Shown: one piece after another, positions 1 to 7,641 of the stretch | Layout of the letters: each line of letters begins with the position of its first letter | How positions within the stretch are numbered: position 1 is the stretch's first letter | Assembly: GCA_046538485.1 (NCBI GenBank) | Contig: JBKHIT010000104.1 | Span: forward strand, 1-10,274 | Source of the DNA: Candidatus Brocadiia bacterium | Lineage (GTDB): Bacteria > Planctomycetota > Brocadiia > SM23-32 | Reading direction: 5' to 3' | DNA length: 10,274 nucleotides | The notes under the pieces: generated by a model | What the model saw: the letters and a program-made list of their open reading frames with translations, nothing else | Database searches by the model: none | What the model was told of the DNA's origin: nothing | Program-made: the position numbers and the translations under genes

Positions 1-46
1 AACCAGAAAGCTGGTTGCAAGGCCACGCACTTTACCGAATAGTTAC
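1..46. mobile_element. Putative insertion-sequence terminus (IS66-like GTAAC end) truncating the nuclease-like gene; the element would extend beyond the window
   Basis: The minus strand reads GTAACTATTCGG from position 46 to 35. IS66-family ends begin with GTAA, and this GTAA supplies the premature TAA of ORF 43..315. Confidence 0.4.
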
Positions 47-315
47 ATAGCGCGGTAGGTTTCTTTGCGGCCCAGATTTATGCTGTGTTTAGCTTGGACG
101 TAGATATTGCCGTCTTCAGAAGTGCGGATGAGAAGATCATCTACCGGATGTTCTGTTTCGCAGCGCAGAGACTCCAAGGTCGTGGATGCTCTTAGATCCC
201 AAGGGATAGAGACAGACTCCTCAGCCAAAATATGGACGGCAGCCCACGCAGCTATCCGATTCTGAAAAAGTATGCCTGTTTGCGTTGCCGCACCACCTGC
301 TGAAGAAGGACACAT
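43..315 (-). pseudogene. Truncated 5' stub of a PD-(D/E)xK nuclease-like protein, of the kind found at the N-terminus of STAND/AVAST-type or Cap4-like defence proteins
   Basis: AGGAG 6 nt before the ATG. The sequence GGAATQTGILFQNRIAAW...RCETEHPVDDLLI...YVQAKH fits the GxxYQ...E...DD...QxK pattern. The ORF stops about 14 aa after QAK, too short for a complete domain, and neither other frame offers an obvious continuation. Confidence 0.65.
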
Positions 316-321
316 AAGGTT

Positions 322-326
322 CTCCT
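322..326 (-). promoter_or_regulatory. Ribosome binding site of the nuclease-like ORF
   Basis: AGGAG 6 nt upstream of the ATG at 315. Confidence 0.6.
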
Positions 327-345
327 GAACAAAATTATTTACTCA

Positions 346-2121
346 CTATTCCACAAGCGGCTCCAGGGCATGCGGTTGATTCAAGACATGCTCGATGAGA
401 TCAACTGATGCGGCGGCAGCGAACTCTTGATGATCGTCCGTTTTTGAGCCGTCTCCCCAATCGCAAATGCTTTTGGCGACAATCCATTCGCAACCCTTTC
501 TCTCCGCAGCCGCAGCCATTCCGGCTCCTTCCATTTCACCGCCGATCGCATTGGGGAATCTTCTAAAAATGTCTTGTTTGAACTCAAGGTTATCGATCAG
601 CTTTTCACCCGATAGTATTGGTCCAACCTGATAGCTGCATTCCCTGCCATCAGGCGCTTGGAACCTCCAGCCAACCACATTGCGGAAACGATCAAGGATT
701 ACTGGCCCCGCCATGTGCTGAGCACCTCGATTCTCACTCGACGAGGTTCCAATACGTTCCGGTTCATACGCGATTATTCGCTCTGAAACGAGAACACTTC
801 CAATGTCCTGTTTCTCCGCGTCTTTCCCCATGGCAATCCCTGCCATGATTACGAGGGCAAGGTCCCACGCATCGATCATCTCTCCCGTTACAGTCAAAGA
901 GGCATCCCGACCTGTAGAACCCATTGCTGACATACAGAGTACAACATCCGTTACACCAATACGCCCCAAGAAATAGGTGTTACTGTTATGGGGCACCTTC
1001 AGCACCCTTTCCTTCCCCTTCAGAGGATGCATTTTCCTCAGTACCGCTTTTCTTTCGGTCTCAGTGGCAACCATAATCCCGACTGAGGGATGAGAAATCT
1101 CGCCGGCCTCATCGTATGAAGTCGACTGTATTGCAGGGATCTCAAGATTGTTCCATTGCTCTCCCGAATAATCGACCGGTGACGATTGGGAAGCCGGTTC
1201 ATTAGTAGAGGATTCCAAGGAGAGATCGGAAAGCAACAGCCGAATCGCAAACGCGGATGCCAGATTGACATCCATCGGGGAGTCTTTTGTCCCCAGGACC
1301 GAATAAAATGAGTCAGCGGAAATATTCTCAAGCTCCTCTACAAGCCCTTCCGGGCACCAAGCCTCGCAGTCGGTTAACATTTCCAAAGAAACTTCAACAT
1401 CGCCGTTCCATGCTTTGCGTTCAGCCCGAAGACCAGTTCCTTCTATGTTCTCCCATCCCAACCGGTGAAGTAAAAGTATCCAGTGGTTGGCATTCGGCGT
1501 GGATTCAGCTATTGGGACATCAATGACCACTCCATCTTCATACTGAGCAACTCCAGCCTGCCATCCCTGCGCAATGAATTTTCCAGGGACGTTCGGCACA
1601 TCGCCAAAGACGTACCGCACACCGGCCCGAGGCTGTCGAAATATCTGTGTCAACTGAGGCGCGTATACGTGTTTGTCAAGGTCGTCTGCTCCCGAGAGAG
1701 CTGCGGCGGCCGCATTTGCAAGTGATTGAAATGCCTCTACTTCTTCAGAAGGCTGCCCACAAAAGTAACCAGTACGAAGTTTCATCGGGACACTCACTGC
1801 ACGCACAACTCCAGAACCATCACGGATTACACCTTCTAATTCATCTTCGTCGAAGCATTCGTCCGGTCTCGGTTCTCGGTATCCGGGATTAGTGTTCGGC
1901 AGTGTGCGGACCACCGACCAATCCCACTTACCATACCGTCCTCTCTCTTCGCCTGATGGAATGTCACCGTCCATTCCGTCGAACCAGGTGGGACCACCCA
2001 GCTTGCTCCGCTCTTTGTCCGTCACCTCTACCAGCATGTGGTTCAAGCCACATGATTCTTTAGCACGAGACGAGAACTGCTCTGAGAGTATCTCCAATGT
2101 ATCATGCCAACCTGAGGGCAT
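346..2121 (-). CDS. Fusion of an uncharacterised N-terminal domain and a C-terminal nucleoside phosphorylase (PNP_UDP_1 / MTA-SAH nucleosidase-like) domain; putative defence effector
   Basis: 591 aa with AAGGA about 8 nt upstream of the ATG. The C-terminal ~245 aa (about 346-1090) carry VGIMVATETE, SAMGS, IMAGIAMG, DIGSVLVS, GPILSGEKLID, GGEMEGAG and KSICDWGDGSKTDDHQEFAA. A Ser/Pro/Glu-rich linker precedes this domain. Confidence 0.85.
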   Translation of the reverse strand: MPSGWHDTLEILSEQFSSRAKESCGLNHMLVEVTDKERSKLGGPTWFDGMDGDIPSGEERGRYGKWDWSVVRTLPNTNPGYREPRPDECFDEDELEGVIRDGSGVVRAVSVPMKLRTGYFCGQPSEEVEAFQSLANAAAAALSGADDLDKHVYAPQLTQIFRQPRAGVRYVFGDVPNVPGKFIAQGWQAGVAQYEDGVVIDVPIAESTPNANHWILLLHRLGWENIEGTGLRAERKAWNGDVEVSLEMLTDCEAWCPEGLVEELENISADSFYSVLGTKDSPMDVNLASAFAIRLLLSDLSLESSTNEPASQSSPVDYSGEQWNNLEIPAIQSTSYDEAGEISHPSVGIMVATETERKAVLRKMHPLKGKERVLKVPHNSNTYFLGRIGVTDVVLCMSAMGSTGRDASLTVTGEMIDAWDLALVIMAGIAMGKDAEKQDIGSVLVSERIIAYEPERIGTSSSENRGAQHMAGPVILDRFRNVVGWRFQAPDGRECSYQVGPILSGEKLIDNLEFKQDIFRRFPNAIGGEMEGAGMAAAAERKGCEWIVAKSICDWGDGSKTDDHQEFAAAASVDLIEHVLNQPHALEPLVE

Positions 2122-2129
2122 ACGTAGTT

Positions 2130-2134
2130 TCCTT
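2130..2134 (-). promoter_or_regulatory. Ribosome binding site of the nucleoside phosphorylase-domain gene
   Basis: AAGGA 8 nt upstream of the ATG at 2121. Confidence 0.55.
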
Positions 2135-2219
2135 TTGGGTCGCGAACTAAAGCTCTGTCGTCAATGCTTCAGCTGCAGTTATATTTTTGAATCCTGTGAA
2201 ACATCTGAGGCGGACAATA

Positions 2220-4262
2220 TCACACCCCACCGGTCGCTTTGTGGATGGCTTTTTGGAGGTCACCGTAGAAGACCGGGTCCACGTTCTCCACTATGTCTGC
2301 GCTCACTTCCAGGAAGTTGCGTTTGTTCTCCACCGGGATCAGGGCCTTTTTGGCTCCGTTGTCCATGCCGACCTGCAACGGTTCCACCAGTGATCGGGCG
2401 GGTTTTATGTTGCCCTGCACACTCATGTCGCCAAATACCAGCAGGCCGGGCAAGACCGATTCTTTCTGGAGCACCGAACAGCACGCCACAAAGAACGCCA
2501 CTCCCACCTCCGCCTCCACGTCATTCCCCATCAGATCTATCACCTCCGTGTGGATGTCGGAGCTGTCCAGCTGCTGGCCAAACCCCATGGTGCTTTTGTT
2601 CGAGAGCAGATAACTGAATGCACGTTTGAGCGATTCCTTCGTCGCACCGCTGGCCCCACCCTGGAGCTTGAGCTTGCCCGTGCCCGATGAGGTGTTCACC
2701 TCGATGCGATACAAACTCACGGTTCCGTCCGGACTGACAGAAGCCGTGTACACTGTTCCCGGGGGAAGGGGGTCGGGAGAGATGAGTTCACGACCTCCCT
2801 GCTCGGGGACCCCCACGAACTTCTCCTCGCCCGTCTCGTTCATGATATAACTGAAGGAGGTGTTGTAATACTCGAAACTGCCCATCTTCTTGAGCTGCTC
2901 TTTCACCCGTCGCCGCCCCTCCATCGCCAGCTGCAGTATCTCCTCCAGCTGCTCCTCCGTCACCTCCCCGTGCGGATACATGATCTTCATCAGTCCGGAA
3001 ACCGTACGCCGAACCGCCTTGCGGTCACGGGCGTTCAGGTGGGAGCCCAGGGAGAAGTGGTGGTCGATGATCTCGGTGAAGTTCCGGTTCCTCAGCCCCC
3101 GCATCGCCCCTGCCAGGTAGTCCACCACCAGCCCGTAATGATCGGTGAACAGCTCGTTCCGCATCTTGGGCAGCTCCCAGCCGGGCTGGTAGTAATGCAA
3201 CCGCACGAGGAACGCCATATCGTTCCGGATTACGTCGGGCAGAGGAGCAAACAGGTGACCGGTCTCCACCAGCACGTCAACGGGCTGATTGGTGTTGCCG
3301 AAGAAGGCTATACCCGCGTATCCACTCTCCTGTTCCCGTGCCCTCTGGTACTGGCCCGACTCGCAGTAGGTCTTCAGCGTGGTCACCACCTCCTTGGGCA
3401 TCTTCTGCAGATCCGCCACCTCGTCAAACCCCACCGCGTCCCATATCTGCACCATACCCTTCCGGCTTGAGTTCATGTAACCAAACATGTTGGCCACCGT
3501 TGTGGGGCCCGTCAGAAGAGCCGCATAGGGGCTAATTTCCTGCAACACGTAACTCTTGCCCGTTCCCCGCGGGCCCAGCTCCACGAGATTGAAATTCCGT
3601 TCGCACAGCAAAACCAGTCGGACGAGGAAAAGCAACTTGGTGCGCCGGTCCAGCTGGTCGGGCTCATAGCCTATGCTGCGCACCATCAGGTCAACCCACT
3701 CCTCGCTCGTGAACTCAGCTCTTGTCTTTTCATATTCGTCCGGGTCAAACGTGGCCAGTTGAATGGGATCCAGCTTCTCGATCCAGAAAGGATATTTGCC
3801 CTTGGTGTCCTCGTCATACTCAAACCGCACCTGCATCTGAGCCCAGACACCTCCGGTGAGCAAACGGTCGTATTCCCGCACAAAGTGGTCTGGAATGTGG
3901 AGGTAGCGGTGTCCAAAATTGGCCGCTTCGGCCCAGTATTTCGATTCCGTCAGCCTCACCTTCACTTTATCGATGAAGGTATGTTTCCCCTTCTCCTTGA
4001 CGAGGCTCTGAGCCTTCGGCCCCTCATCCGGATTGATGTAGTTGTCCGCCAGCGTCTCATTGACCACATTCAGCCCCATCTGGATGGCGGATTCGTCGGA
4101 GGAGGCGCAGTATTTGCCCAGAAGGTATTCCAGGACGAAACCGGGCACGTTGGCGCCGACTTTCACTTTCCGCACCAGGTCCTTCCGCACCACCTTGCCG
4201 GCAAATACGTCGTTGACCTTCTCATCAAGAGCGTCTCTATCAGGCACATTGTCCTCGTTCAT
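2220..4262 (-). CDS. brxL: BREX BrxL, AAA+ (MCM-like) ATPase with a C-terminal Lon-protease-like domain
   Basis: N-terminal FAGKVVRKDL...VLEYLLGKYC, Walker A GPRGTGKS, Walker B VGFDEV, PGWELPK, ARDRKAV, and Lon-like C-terminus (GDMSVQGNI, GAKKALIP). ATG at 4262 has GGGGA 7 nt upstream. An alternative TTG at 4268 overlaps the pglZ stop (TTGA). Confidence 0.95.
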   Translation of the reverse strand: MNEDNVPDRDALDEKVNDVFAGKVVRKDLVRKVKVGANVPGFVLEYLLGKYCASSDESAIQMGLNVVNETLADNYINPDEGPKAQSLVKEKGKHTFIDKVKVRLTESKYWAEAANFGHRYLHIPDHFVREYDRLLTGGVWAQMQVRFEYDEDTKGKYPFWIEKLDPIQLATFDPDEYEKTRAEFTSEEWVDLMVRSIGYEPDQLDRRTKLLFLVRLVLLCERNFNLVELGPRGTGKSYVLQEISPYAALLTGPTTVANMFGYMNSSRKGMVQIWDAVGFDEVADLQKMPKEVVTTLKTYCESGQYQRAREQESGYAGIAFFGNTNQPVDVLVETGHLFAPLPDVIRNDMAFLVRLHYYQPGWELPKMRNELFTDHYGLVVDYLAGAMRGLRNRNFTEIIDHHFSLGSHLNARDRKAVRRTVSGLMKIMYPHGEVTEEQLEEILQLAMEGRRRVKEQLKKMGSFEYYNTSFSYIMNETGEEKFVGVPEQGGRELISPDPLPPGTVYTASVSPDGTVSLYRIEVNTSSGTGKLKLQGGASGATKESLKRAFSYLLSNKSTMGFGQQLDSSDIHTEVIDLMGNDVEAEVGVAFFVACCSVLQKESVLPGLLVFGDMSVQGNIKPARSLVEPLQVGMDNGAKKALIPVENKRNFLEVSADIVENVDPVFYGDLQKAIHKATGGV

Positions 4263-4264
4263 CG

Positions 4265-6811
4265 TCAAATCCCCAGTTCCACAGGTATCTCGTCGGATTG
4301 GGCCAGCACCGCATCGCTGTCCGGATCCAGTATCATCACACGCAGGTCATCACATTCCTCCCGCGTCAGCATCAGGGTAACGGTGGCCTGCTGCATCCCC
4401 GGCTCCACCTCCACACACCCCGTGCTGCGGTCATATTCGGCATTGATGGCCATGCCCGCTTCTCCCACCTGTTCCCCATCGGAGGCCAGGATGACCCGAA
4501 GCGACACGCTTTCCCCGGCGAACAAATTCGTTCCAATGGACATCTGAACACTGAATGTGCGGTTCGTGATACGCTCGGGGCATTCGGTCAACGTGACGGG
4601 CGTCTCCTCTCTCGTCTCCCGTTTCTCCGGTATCTGGAACGCAATGACGGGCACAACCATCTCCTGGAGACTGCATCCACCGTGATGATAGCTCAGACCG
4701 CCCTGGGTCCGGAACACGCCCAGACCGGTGGGAAAAATGAAGTCCAGGTCCGAATCATATCCAAGTTCCACCCCGCTCACCCGCACCGCACCGGTGGGCG
4801 TTGATCCACCACGCCCGGCCCAGCACCGGCGGGCCAGCTTCACTATGTCGCCGCCCGGATTGTCGGTTCGCATGTGTTCGCCTTTCCGGCGGGCGAACTG
4901 GTAACCGTGATCGGCCGTGATGACAAATCGTTCAATACCCAGGTCCGCCAGTTTGCGCACGGCCCTGGCCACATTCCCCACCACGGTATCCATCACCTGG
5001 CGGGCCAGCAGCTCACTGCCCATCTCCGCCAGGGCATCGATTTCCTGAGAATGCACCATCACCACCGAGGCACCGTTCATTTTGCGTTTCAGCCGGGACG
5101 GAGGTTTCTGGAGTACGGCATCCAGTTTGAGTTCCGCCGAATCCGGTTCCCGGGCCTTCAGATACTTTATCCGATCCTTTCGGGTGCTCAGCATCGCATC
5201 CTTCAGTCGCACGCCCAGGTCACCTTTCTGTTCGACCACGGAGAAACTGGTGGAAGCCTCGGGCAGTAATGCCGCCATACCAACGGTGGTGACACTTGGC
5301 AGAGAGGCCGCTGCTGGCCGCACGGACAGGCCTTCTACATCCGACAATCGACGCGCCAGCATGACGCCCATCTCATACCGCAGGGCATCGACTGCAAAGT
5401 AGGCGGTGCGCTGATGTTTACCTTCCACCATGTCCTGGTAGATTCGCGTCTGTGGGAGGATAGAGCCGACGTTCCAATCCGCCTCCTGGAGGGATTCGGT
5501 AAAATTCGTGGCCATCTGCTGCAGAATCCGTTCCTGAATATCTCGGACATGGACAAGAGCCTGCTGTGCCTCACACTCTTCGTCCATCGTGGCGATCTGG
5601 CCCTCCAGCATACGGTGGAGCAGATCCACCTCGCACCAGCCGCCGTCACCGTCCGTGTAAGCGTCAATCCACCAGTCCGGTGGCCTTCTCGATCCCGACA
5701 TCTCATCCTCGACCCGGCGTATTTCCGCGGCTAGCTCAGCCATCAAACGGACGCATTCCCACTGCATCTGTCGCTGCACATCATTGCTCACCCAGAAGCT
5801 GCGGGTTTGCCTCTCCACCACATCCCGCACCTCTTCGAGGTTTCCCTCAGCAATACACTGATCACACCATTTCAGAAGCGCCTGCTCTTCAAAGGGGAAC
5901 GTATTTTCCGTCCCGAGTTCAGCCGCCTGGACGACATCAGGGGACAGACCAAGTTCCGATTCCACCCGAGTGGCCATGTCCGCGTACGCACTTTTGAAGT
6001 CCGATCGCAGTCCGGTCACCACTTTTTCGATTCGCCGGCTCTGCTCCTGCAGACTCGCAGCCGGTATCATCCCGAAAGCCTCCGGGTCGTCACCCCTGAA
6101 GTCGGATCGGAAATGATTGACCAGCACGTAGCGCGCACAGCGACTGCGCGCATCGGCAATATTATCATCCTCGTCCATCTTCAACCCGAGGCGCCCCTCC
6201 AGCAGTCGGAACAGTTCGCCGGTGGCGCCTTTCGCCCGTATGTCACCGTCACTGTCCGGATCGGCCAACCAGGCCGTCAGCATCCCCTCGCTGTCCTTGG
6301 CCCCCTCAAAGATGACTTTGAGTATAGAGGGTTTCTCCGTTTCCGCCCCCTGTTTGGCGAAGGCCACCACATCCTCATAGGTCAGGTTATCGGTCTCCAG
6401 CATGTCATCAATATCACCGTCGGTGTAGAACTCGCGCAACGCGAACCGTGCCAGTTGGGGAAGCTGGGGCTGATAACACTCCCCGGCCAGCTCCAGTTCC
6501 ATCAACAACGATTGCTCGCGATCCCGCTTTTCGCCGGGGATATAAATCAAAAGAGGGTCGGGCGCATCCACCTTCACCAGGGGCTCAACGGTGGCCCGGA
6601 CGGCCCAGAAGGATCCATCGTATTCGACCAGATTCGTTTCCACGTCCTGGATCGGGACGGTGGTGATTTCACCATTGCCGGCCTCGCCAGACTCACGCAG
6701 TTGCTTAATAAACGGTGCGAACTCCCCTTTTTCGTCATACCACACGACGACACGACGGTCTCTCAACTTTTGCGTCAGCTGTTGAGCAAGGTATTCTTGA
6801 AACGGGTTCAT
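4265..6811 (-). CDS. pglZ: BREX PglZ/BrxZ, alkaline phosphatase-superfamily protein
   Basis: 848 aa. N-terminal RRVVVWYD. PglZ-domain motifs YFAVDALRYE, LPSVTTVGMAALLP, EIDAL, ITADHG and YHHGGCSLQEMVVP. Directly upstream of brxL. Confidence 0.95.
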   Translation of the reverse strand: MNPFQEYLAQQLTQKLRDRRVVVWYDEKGEFAPFIKQLRESGEAGNGEITTVPIQDVETNLVEYDGSFWAVRATVEPLVKVDAPDPLLIYIPGEKRDREQSLLMELELAGECYQPQLPQLARFALREFYTDGDIDDMLETDNLTYEDVVAFAKQGAETEKPSILKVIFEGAKDSEGMLTAWLADPDSDGDIRAKGATGELFRLLEGRLGLKMDEDDNIADARSRCARYVLVNHFRSDFRGDDPEAFGMIPAASLQEQSRRIEKVVTGLRSDFKSAYADMATRVESELGLSPDVVQAAELGTENTFPFEEQALLKWCDQCIAEGNLEEVRDVVERQTRSFWVSNDVQRQMQWECVRLMAELAAEIRRVEDEMSGSRRPPDWWIDAYTDGDGGWCEVDLLHRMLEGQIATMDEECEAQQALVHVRDIQERILQQMATNFTESLQEADWNVGSILPQTRIYQDMVEGKHQRTAYFAVDALRYEMGVMLARRLSDVEGLSVRPAAASLPSVTTVGMAALLPEASTSFSVVEQKGDLGVRLKDAMLSTRKDRIKYLKAREPDSAELKLDAVLQKPPSRLKRKMNGASVVMVHSQEIDALAEMGSELLARQVMDTVVGNVARAVRKLADLGIERFVITADHGYQFARRKGEHMRTDNPGGDIVKLARRCWAGRGGSTPTGAVRVSGVELGYDSDLDFIFPTGLGVFRTQGGLSYHHGGCSLQEMVVPVIAFQIPEKRETREETPVTLTECPERITNRTFSVQMSIGTNLFAGESVSLRVILASDGEQVGEAGMAINAEYDRSTGCVEVEPGMQQATVTLMLTREECDDLRVMILDPDSDAVLAQSDEIPVELGI

Positions 6812-6850
6812 TCAGCTTCGCCCTTTCATATCTTCTCTGACATCTACAGC

Positions 6851-7594
6851 CTACTCGGAAAGCTTTTCAATGCAGTCCACCACGAATTCCAGTAGCAAGA
6901 CAGCACGGAGGGAGATGGCTTCCGAAGCATAATTGTTGTCTATACCATGGAGTATACGATTACGATTGAGCGGACTATCTGTCCTGAAATCTCCATAGAA
7001 TTGCTCGTTTACGAACCTCTTTACAGACGCATAACGCCTTTCGGAAACGGGCGGATAGGTAACAAAGCCTCCGTGCGGATAAAGCACCTTCTCAGCCTCT
7101 TCCCATGGAACGTCGGCCATTCGCAGGGGTTCAGTGATGACCGCATAAAGCCGCTCCTGTAAGATACGCTGGAGTTCAGATTTCGGAGATTGGTCTATCG
7201 CCCCGCCCCGCAATGTCCCTTCCACCTGCGCACACAGTACGGGGACAGAAAGTTCGTAATCCCCAGAGCAATGGGCATCCAGCGCCTTCTGGACTATGAT
7301 AATTCGATTTTCCAGACATTCTGCTTTGCCAAAACGAGGAATCACTTTCTCCCTGACATAGTCGGCATCGTAGCTATACACCATCGTATCGCTGATGATC
7401 GCGTCCACATTATTCTGTTCTTGGTCGAGAATAAATTCCACCAAATCCGCACATACTGAAAGGGGGAGGTTAGTGTCGGGCACCCATTCCGCACCAAGCA
7501 TAGTGTCACAGTACACCTGAATATTGTCTTCGACGTAAGATATCTCCTCAGCAAACTTTTTCATTGACTTCTCTGTTTTCTCGCATACCTGCAC
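6851..7594 (-). CDS. Hypothetical protein with a C-terminal HEPN-like motif (LNRNRILHG); putative toxin or abortive-infection RNase inserted between pglX and pglZ
   Basis: 247-aa ORF with a GTG start and GAGGAG 7 nt upstream (7602-7607). R-x4-H motif at 6947-6964, preceded by a helical YELSVPVLCAQVEG segment. Fills the gap between pglX and pglZ on the same strand. Confidence 0.7.
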   Translation of the reverse strand: MQVCEKTEKSMKKFAEEISYVEDNIQVYCDTMLGAEWVPDTNLPLSVCADLVEFILDQEQNNVDAIISDTMVYSYDADYVREKVIPRFGKAECLENRIIIVQKALDAHCSGDYELSVPVLCAQVEGTLRGGAIDQSPKSELQRILQERLYAVITEPLRMADVPWEEAEKVLYPHGGFVTYPPVSERRYASVKRFVNEQFYGDFRTDSPLNRNRILHGIDNNYASEAISLRAVLLLEFVVDCIEKLSE

Positions 7595-7601
7595 AATCAG
7601 A

Positions 7602-7607
7602 CTCCTC
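7602..7607 (-). promoter_or_regulatory. Ribosome binding site of the HEPN-like gene
   Basis: GAGGAG 7 nt upstream of the GTG at 7594. Confidence 0.65.
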
Positions 7608-7641
7608 GTTCTGTCTTACAACGAATTTGCCAAGTTGTCCC

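Noticed and set aside
1..16. Hairpin AACCAG-AAAG-CTGGTT as a terminator
   Set aside because: The visible stem is only 6 bp, it is cut by the window edge, and no U-tract can be assessed.
346..1090. Housekeeping mtnN/pfs assignment
   Set aside because: The large N-terminal fusion, KSICD instead of RxxSD, and the defence context point to an effector-type PNP, so no gene symbol is given.
2122..2219. Possible internal promoter for the PNP gene (TATAAC and TTGACG hexamers on the minus strand)
   Set aside because: The hexamers are not in -35/-10 order or spacing, so a promoter cannot be supported.
6812..6850. Short frame (MKGRS-stop) abutting the pglZ ATG, as a remnant of the original pglX tail
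   Set aside because: Too short to distinguish from chance, and I saw no flanking direct repeats around the inserted gene.
5807..6895. 362-aa plus-strand ORF, and similar ORFs at 3759..4547, 1892..2617, 2970..3470 and 7564..8094
   Set aside because: They are antisense shadows of GC-rich BREX genes and carry no recognisable motifs.
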